Of a stretch of DNA of 64,000 nt, positions 55,401 through 64,000 are shown one piece after another. The stretch comes from Eledone cirrhosa (Eukaryota): contig OZ024746.1 in NCBI GenBank assembly GCA_964016885.1, forward strand, positions 14,322,001-14,386,000, in the 5' to 3' direction. Numbering within the stretch: position 1 is the stretch's first letter; each line of letters opens with the position of its first letter. A model generated the notes under the pieces. It saw nothing but the letters and a program-made list of their open reading frames with translations, was not told where the DNA came from and ran no database searches. The translations under genes and the position numbers were made by a program.

Positions 55401-56506
55401 GTTAATCTGAGACAGATGTTTAAGATTTATGACAACTTATTTTTTAAAATTTACTTTTTTATATAAAATGTAAGTTACTTTTTAACATCTAATGTTTGGT
55501 CTTGTATAATAAAATATATTTACGCTTTTGTAATCTAATTAGTGTTTGTGAAGATAAGATCTTTAAATTATTTAAGTTATTCTTTAGGGTATGTCATAAT
55601 TAGTATATTCTCTGCCCACCCTCACTTAACCATTTTGGCTTATCTATTGTTCCTGCATTAAAATTTATTGAATGAATATGTGCATACAAGATGGGTCATA
55701 TTTTGTTTCGCGAGTGATGTACAACTATTAAACGATTGATTTCTGAGAAAGTACAACATATATATATTTCTCTACCACAGTTTAGTGATTCAGACTAAAC
55801 ATAATATCCTCTAATCGAAAACAACAATTTTTTACTCTCCTCAGACTTAACATCAAAAGTACATCAGTCACATCATCAGCTATTTTGCTCAGCCGTGGAA
55901 TAAAATGCGGCAAGTAAATAAACTTAATAAAGCCAGTGGAAATGTCGAATATTCTACTAAATCATTGTTAGAAGTTAAAAGATATTAATATAAAATCAAT
56001 TTTATTCTCTGAACCATCATAATTTGTAAATCTTAAATGTTTGTTGCAAACTTCTCTTCCAGTAAATAAATTACATTTATCTGACAAAAGTCTCTTTAAG
56101 ATTAAATGGATGTGTTTTTTTTTTAACAGAACTTATGTATGAAAGATTTCGTATTTCCATCAGATTGACTTGACGTATTACTGATCTCAATTGTAGCATA
56201 AAGTATAACAAAATGCGTGATAAATATATATTTAAAAAGCGATATATATATCAAGAAAAAATAAAACACAGTATTGCTTCTGTTTTTTCTGCTCCCTTTC
56301 TCCTTATGTTTTGATTTTCGTTTACGCGCGCACGCTCACACGTCTGCGTGTGTATACATTTTATATGTGTGCCTTCACATAAACACTATACACATATATA
56401 AACACACACATATAAGAGAGGGTGAAAGAGAGGAATAGAGAAAGCAAAAGAGAGAGAGATGAATAGAGATGTGCATTTCGATTTCTTTAGCTATTTAAAT
56501 GAGAAT

Positions 56507-56785
<279 letters not shown>

Positions 56786-56799
56786 AATTATGGGTGGAT

Positions 56800-57075
56800 T
56801 CTTAGAAATCACAGCTCCGATACTATGAGCATGTGGTTAGAATGTCTAAGGAAAGAATTGCTGGACAGATTTTATGGGCAAAGCTAACCTGCTGGAGACC
56901 CGGGGGTAGACCCCGAGCAAGATGTTGGACAATATCCATGAGCTTGGCTGGTCGCGCTTGGGGATCCAGCCGGATCAGTTGGAGACGGTTGCTTCTGAAA
57001 GGACCCGTGGAAGGAGTGTTTGAGGACTCTGTCCCCACGAGCCTCGCAGGAATAAGTGGGCAAAGATGAGATGGG
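56800..57075 (+). mobile_element. RTE-clade LINE 3' end
   Basis: SQLRYYEHVVRM..IL..RPGGRPRAR..DNIHELGWSRLG, across frameshifts. Confidence 0.75.
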
Positions 57076-57314
57076 GATGGAGGGGCAGAAAGTAGTGAAG
57101 GTGAAGTAGTTGGAGGAAGAAAAACGTAGTAGAATAAGAAGAGGACGATGATGGAGGAAGAGAATAATAGAAAAGTAGGTAATAATAGAGAACGAGGAGA
57201 TGAATAAGAAGGGACAGGAAGGGAAAGTAGGTGGTTTTCTTTTTTTTGTTTTGTTCCGTAGACTTTTTAGAAAACATACACCAATTGTTCTTCTAGCCAA
57301 AGGTTTTTACCAAA

Positions 57315-57370
<56 letters not shown>

Positions 57371-57749
57371 ATATATATATGGTGTAGATTAATGTCAAAT
57401 GTAATTTTTATATCGATATTATTTGGGCATCTACTGATGAGTTTATAAGAGGCCGCTTGTGTATAAAACTATGGATTATATACAAGTTTCTACATAACCT
57501 GGACATGATTTATCCCAAATTGTAGAAATCTTATAACGAAACGATCGTCTGGAAGGAAAGAGATATTTATTTAATTATGTTTCATATAAAATAATACAAC
57601 CAGCTATCCACGAAATACTGATTAGTTAGCACCCCAAACACTAAATTGGGAAAATACTTAGGTATATCCTAATGTTTGTTGAGTGAGATGAAGTTGGTCA
57701 GAGTATCGCTTAAGGCTTTCTCTGTTAATGTATTAAATATATATATATT

Positions 57750-57822
<73 letters not shown>

Positions 57823-58003
57823 ATATTAATAAAAGGAATTCCAACTTTGTCTGATTTACTCGTTTTATTTACAATCCTTTAAAATTTATAATGGTATTAG
57901 AATGAAATAGTATGGTAGAATATTAAATGTTAAGTGTTAATTGAACAAGTACTTTCATGCTTTCGCAATCTTCAGGTTCATAATGTGTGGTGACAGTCAA
58001 GTT
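57823..58003 (-). mobile_element. Solo pLTR/retrozyme-like fragment with a hammerhead
   Basis: Near-identical to the arms of 46494-47003; flanked by microsatellites. Confidence 0.8.
57942..57980 (-). ncRNA. Minimal type I hammerhead with palindromic stem III
   Basis: TGAAC-CTGAAGA-TTGC-GAAA-GCAT-GAAA-GTAC-TT^GTTCA. 5-bp stem I, GNRA-capped stem II, AGTACT palindrome. Confidence 0.8.
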
Positions 58004-58031
58004 TATATATATATATAGGAAAAGAGTCAGA

Positions 58032-58116
58032 ACCCGACGGCTGAGCTCCGGCCGTTTCAATATCTAGATTCAAACGGATCTACCTGTCGAAACAGCCAGA
58101 ACACAGCCGTCGGGGT
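58032..58116. repeat. Short diverged palindrome of the same half-hammerhead family as 10097-10374
   Basis: CCCGACGGCTGAGCTCCGGCCGTTTC ... GAAACAGCCAGAACACAGCCGTCGGGGT. Confidence 0.7.
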
Positions 58117-59158
58117 CCTAAGAGGGGGGGGGGGGGTTATTATGTATAATTTGCAGTGGAAGGATGCAAATTTTATAAGTAATAGAAATATTGGTTTCAG
58201 AATTATTTTTTAGTTTTACGTTTCTTTTAAATGCGTTGTTCTCCAAAACTTTTACCATTTCCTAGATATACACAATTTCAATTTACTTCACACATAAATA
58301 TGGTAATTCACATAATTTCAAAAATTTTATTTATTTCAAATACATGAAAATTAAACTTCAGTACACCTAAATATATTATTGGTCGATACTTCTAATTATG
58401 ACAGTAATCTTAAGTAAATTGCACCTGTCTTGTTTTCTATAAAACAGATGCTTCTTTTTTTGTTGTTTATATATAAATGTAAAATAACGAAAATAATCTA
58501 TATTGGATATTCATTTAGTATGGTTTCTGCAAAAATATCATCGTTGTGGTAATGCGCAATATTTTCTATTAATTCTGAAAACTCATTAGCAAATGTTTTC
58601 TATCTAATTAATGTTACTCTTCTCGATAAACCTAATTTAAATGTAGATAAATGAGATTTCATAATTGCTTTCAATAATTTTTAATATACTTTGACAGTAA
58701 ATTTTGTTACATATTTATTTTATAATGTATTTCCAAACCAATGAATTGTTTCAAATTATGATAGCAGAAAAATACAACTTTTAGTTATAATTCAGATGTT
58801 GTATTCATTGACCAATACATACAATTACTGTTTAATCTATGAGCTACGGCACTGTTTACCACAACTTCTATATAGAATAGTGTATATGTGGTAATATTGG
58901 CTATTCTTAACGTATTATATATTCTTTTTATTAGTTACATGTGTAACAATAGAAGTCTTTTGTCTGATCTTCCATCGGTATTAGAGAATAAATGATTTAA
59001 ACCAAAGATTCAAGCTACTCGGTATACTTAGTTCGAGTGCGTCTAACTCTAACAATACGGCTATTATAGCAATGATTCATAATTCATCATTCGTGCAGCA
59101 ATACTATAAAAAATACTTTAATTCGTTGGCATTGCGAGTAAATAAGAATATAAGTTAA

Positions 59159-59373
59159 CCCTTTAGCATTTACATTACTCTATATATACTATTATATGTC
59201 CAAGATAAAGTTTGACATAATTATCTCACATAATATCGAATCTATGAGATTTTGATATTATTTATTTTGAGAACAATACCTTAATATCAGTATGAGCGGC
59301 TGGTTACAGATGGCTTGAACAGAAAGAGATAAGAGAATTCTAGCCGGATACAGTCGGTTTAAATGCTAAAGAG
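59159..59373. mobile_element. piggyBac-like MITE
   Basis: TTAA-CCCTTTAGCATTTA ... TAAATGCTAAAGAG-TTAA. Confidence 0.82.
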
Positions 59374-60318
59374 TTAAGTCAGATTTACTCGGGTAAATTG
59401 TCAGAATAAATACTATTTTATAACATTCTATATTTTGTGTTTCACTTAATACGTCTTTCTCCTCTCCTAACTTAAGAAAATATAATATCACTAATGAATA
59501 TACTAATGTTGATTTATTCAAAAATATTCAAACCTTTATGTTTCTATTTCATATAGGTAATAGTAATTTTCGATCATTGCTGCTAGCAAGCTAATAAACA
59601 GGAGTGGATGCATTGCAATAATTAATTTCGTCATTCTACGTTTAGATATTTCTTATTTGCTATCAAAATAGTGAATGCTTAACCATAGGGCAGAAAATCC
59701 TTATATTAATATCTGCTAACATATATTGCAACATCTAATACACCGTTAATGGTTTTAACAATTATACGCATCATCAGTAAATATCTGACTGTGTAACTAA
59801 TAAAACCAAATTCTTCTTCTTCTCCAAATTATTCCTGGGAGTGTCGTTGGGTCAGAATGCCGAGATCCTGTCAGAAACGACTTGTATTAGCGATCGTATT
59901 CTTTCGATCATTATCCAAGATTCAGGACTTTAGGTAAGGGTTGGTACGAATACCGAATTAAAGAAACTGACTTTGGCTTTTACACGTACTTCCCTTTTCT
60001 TCTTCTTCTTCTTCTTCTTCTTCTTCTTCTTCTTCTTGAATCAAACATAGATAACTTTCAGCCACTCAGTCTACCTCTATGACTTAGAGGTCCTTCTAGT
60101 AATCAGTAGAGAAATGGTTTAACGATTGTTTTTCGGCCCAGATTCGTTTCTAGCATCTTAGCGGATTAAGAACAATATTATGTATTTAGCACAGTGAGGT
60201 AAATCTGATAATGATTAAAATAACGGCCGACCGGGGTAAAAGCTGTTAAATGTTCGGTCGCCCTCATGATTTTCAGCCCCATGGATTTTGTCTATTATAT
60301 TCCTTTGTTATATTTCGA

Positions 60319-60376
60319 ATACCTGATGATGTCACCGGATTCATACTGAACCCGGTCATTGAAATGATCATAGTAT
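60319..60376 (+). ncRNA. Type I hammerhead, intact core, long stem II, palindromic stem III
   Basis: ATAC-CTGATGA-TGTCACCGGATTCATACTGAACCCGGTCATT-GAAA-TGATCA-TA^GTAT, immediately followed by AATAAA. Confidence 0.8.
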
Positions 60377-60578
60377 AATAAACCTTTTAAGGAATTACAC
60401 CAGTCCAGCCTCCTGTTATTTTGTAATAATTAACTCCGTACTCGCACCACCAACTACACAAACGAAGACGGGTGAGTTGCATTACGTTGAGTGCTCTCCA
60501 TAATATTACATCGAGGTTGACCATACAGAATGACCAGTTCTATCCAGTGGTGAAGCAACAAACCTAAATAAATATACG

Positions 60579-60609
<31 letters not shown>

Positions 60610-60652
60610 GGAGAGAGAAAGAGAGAGAGGGGGAGAAAGAGAGAGAGAGAAA

Positions 60653-60732
<80 letters not shown>

Positions 60733-62539
60733 TAGGGTATCAAGTTATATACATTGATTGGATTGTGAATAATACAGAAATGTACTATTATTTCCATTAC
60801 TTAAATATTATCAGCAGATGTAAAGGAATGATATATTGATTTGAAACCATATCATATTCTCATTAAATGGCAAATAACGCAATGAAATTGTATTTATTCT
60901 GAATTTCCTATGTTAAATTCATTATATAAGATATTGACACTTTATCATCAATAAACGCATCTTTGGAAGCAAAAGATACAACAAACTTATCCGACTAGGG
61001 AAAAAAATAGTAAATTGTTTACGTCTTCAACAATTAGAGATAACCAGTTTACTTGGCCCAGTGATTAAATATTGAAATTAACTACCAATATCGACGATTA
61101 AAGTTATTAGTATTGATTTTAAATTTATTTGTTTTACATTTATGTTGTTTTACATTTATGTCTGTTTCTATTGAAAATGTGTACAAATTGTGAAATAGTT
61201 TCCTTTTTCTTTAACGTGAGTTTACGTATAATACGAAAAGAAGTGATGAATGAATTACATTTTAATGGTTCTTCCTTAGTCTTAAATCTGTTTTGTCTTG
61301 TGTAAATACCTGGATTGTGTTCAGCAATTTCACTTTTATTTTTATCTTTCGCTTAACCGATGTTCTGCTTATCAGCATGATATTTGTTCAAAAATTCATT
61401 CAAGGACTCTAGTTTTAGGAAATGGGAGGAGAAGGGAAGCACGGAAAAAATAATTGTCCATCGAAAACGAGACGGGTGGTGATCCATAAATTTAACAAAA
61501 ATCTTCTATTAACATCAAGCTAGGATTCTTTACAGGTTTTAAACCTTTATCATTTCAGTTAATCGTGAAACATTTACATATACACCAGGTCCAAACACAA
61601 AAGAACTAAACTCCTACTGTCACTAACCCCGTCTCTCCGTCTCAAATCATTGACATATCTTCTCCGTATCACCCAATTTGATATTCCAATATCAAATAAA
61701 CACAATAATCTGTTTGGATATCTGAAGATTTGATACATTATTTGATCTCAATAAAAGTGCTTACAACAATAAGTCAAAATCTCAATATTTACATATTAGT
61801 TGTACCTTGACACTTAGGTTGTTGAGTCATATAACAGTAAAAGTAAATGGAAATAAATAGAAATTGAGTGTGAGAAATATTTGAAAAACAATTACACACG
61901 TTGTAATATGCAACAGCAAGGAACAGAAATATTTCTGCTGAATATATCAGTTGCAGCCATGACAATTAAAAACACCAACCATTTTATTTAAAGTTTACCG
62001 TTTTTCCGCTCAATTTTGTCAAATTGTAGTTACCACGAGAAAGTATTTGTATTTAAGACATAAATATATTTTTGCTGTTTAGCTTGTCATTTCAGAAATG
62101 GTTTTCATCGTTTATATAACATGAATACTTTTTTGTTTTAGGTAAAAAGAAAAAGCGAAAAAAAAACACTTACCTAATTTGATTTATTGTTTATGGGAAA
62201 AATCTATTCTGTATCAGCTTTTACCATAAAATGAAATGTTCAAGCTTCACAAATTCGAAACAAGATACTGGAAAATTGCTCCTCATTTGAAGTTTTTTTG
62301 TTGTTGTTGTCTTAAATACATCATATTTGCGGCAATACTATGAAATTGCTTTACGCCTGACTATTTTTAACGTTCTGCTTTTAAAAATGCTCATATTGTT
62401 CATAGGATTAACACTGGTAGTTATTGTTATCGTTTACTGTTTAAATTGTTTATTTTTCGTTTACTTTTCGTTTTGTTATTTACGAGTCAAGAAAGTTTGC
62501 TCTTTTGAATCATTATTATTATTACTATTATCATTAACC

Positions 62540-62730
62540 TTAGTGGCATTGAGTTACGACCCTTTATGTTCTGAGTTCAAATCCCGCTAAAGTTAGCTTT
62601 GCCTTTCAACCTTACGGAGTCGATAAAATAAAGTACCAGTCACGCATTGGGGTCGATTTAATCGACTTTCCCCTTTCCTCAAATTACTGGCCTTGTGCCT
62701 ATAGTAGAAATTATTATTATTATTATTATT
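62540..62730 (+). mobile_element. SINE (family A relative, longer 3' part)
   Basis: GAGTTCAAATCC, central domain, GGCCTTGTGCC, (ATT)n tail. Confidence 0.85.
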
Positions 62731-63559
62731 ATTAAACCATTATTATTATTATTATAAGCTTCTGAATTTTACTCACGTTTTCACTTGGCTCCGAAAGTAG
62801 GTCGTATTTATTGATTATTTAACCCGTTTCTGGCTCCCAAAGTGCTCAAATTAAAGGAGCAATTCCCAGTAGAGAAAATCAGTGGTCCGTAAAAAGAAAT
62901 ATTTTTCTAGATGTAACACTGGAACTATATTCGGTCGTGTACCGACCATCCAACAAATTAAATGAAAGCCTTTGCTCTAACCACCTGGAATCTATTATAA
63001 AGTGTATTGTTAAGGGCGTATCCATGAGAATTTCTAGGCTATCAGCTAATGAAGCTATTTTTATGAAAAAACTGAATATTGTAATGAATCATTAAATAAA
63101 TTAAGATAAAAGGGGGAAATATATAATTTATCCCGAATGCAAGGGAGAAATCTGAGCTAGAAATAAACGGTAGAATGTATAATAATAGAATAAGGCATAA
63201 TTAGGATAAACTAAGATTAAACCAACACCACGTTATAATAACACTAAGAAGGTGGGTAGAACTGTGAAAGTATTGGTGAGAACGTGGAAGTTAATTCGGA
63301 AATTTCTAAACTAAATTATAAGCACAAAACTAAAAAACAGAACCGTAATAGTAATTATCTAATTGTCAATTGCGGCGTTGATGGAACTTTACGCGGCAAT
63401 GAGATACACCATGGAGATAACCTGCATGGAAGCCATAATGAAGCGAATGAATGTATTTGAAGAAGACGAAGAAGAAGAAGAAGAAGAAGAAGAAGAAGAA
63501 GAAGAAGAAGAAGAAGAAGAAGAAGAAGAAGAAGAAGAAGGGGGGCGGAGGGGGGGGGG

Positions 63560-63700
63560 GGATTACGTGGTTCAGTCCTCCATATGGAATACCAAAGATA
63601 TCTTCAGTAAACATTCTCCACCTCCCCTTATATATAGTAAACTATTTAATATGAACATAATTAAACTTTCATACTGTACCACTCCCAACCTAGAACACTA
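63560..63700 (+). mobile_element. Penelope (Naiad-like) linker remnant
   Basis: ITWFSPPY and YSKLFNMNIIKLSYCTTPNL resemble VTWYNAPF..LNRSTIKFSYSTTKN at 31.7 kb. Confidence 0.6.
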
Positions 63701-64000
63701 TGTAGCTTTTATGATCTATAGACGTATTAACAGAACCAATTCATTTAAAATCAATCAAATGGATTATAGACAGACAAACCAGACACACTAATGTAACACT
63801 AGAATAAATGAAAGTAATGATATTGATTAATATACAGCTCAATTATTAACAAATGAACAATTGATGTAAACAACAGATGCTTCTGTACCTGTGAAACTAA
63901 TTAACACTGCGTACAATTACTTGTGAAAGCTTTGAGAAGAATCTCAACTATCGGAACACATGTACTGAAACAGGTTTGGTGAACTGCAACTGCGGGCAAC

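Overview
AT-rich, microsatellite-dense animal genomic DNA, not prokaryotic. The SINE families and TE mix suggest an octopod cephalopod (inference). I see no intact protein-coding gene. Bases 1-7842 are a 49/48-bp tandem satellite with higher-order structure. The rest is mostly decayed mobile elements: a near-full-length R4/Dong-type RLE non-LTR retrotransposon (18.3-22.4 kb), Penelope-like elements with RT and GIY-YIG remnants (29-32.6 kb), CR1, Tx1/L1 and RTE fragments, about 11 copies of a tRNA-derived SINE, a hAT MITE, a piggyBac MITE and a non-autonomous Helitron. The most notable signal has two parts. First, several type I hammerhead ribozymes (HHRs): intact-looking at 46.0, 57.9 and 60.3 kb and degenerate at 29.1 and 32.7 kb, most with a palindromic stem III. 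Second, seven inverted repeats embedded in or beside (TA)n tracts, four of which invert at or inside a hammerhead motif. Together these suggest (TA)n-targeted, head-to-head integration of Penelope pLTR/retrozyme ends. Most ORFs in the supplied track are microsatellite or satellite artefacts. All coordinates and alignments were read by eye.
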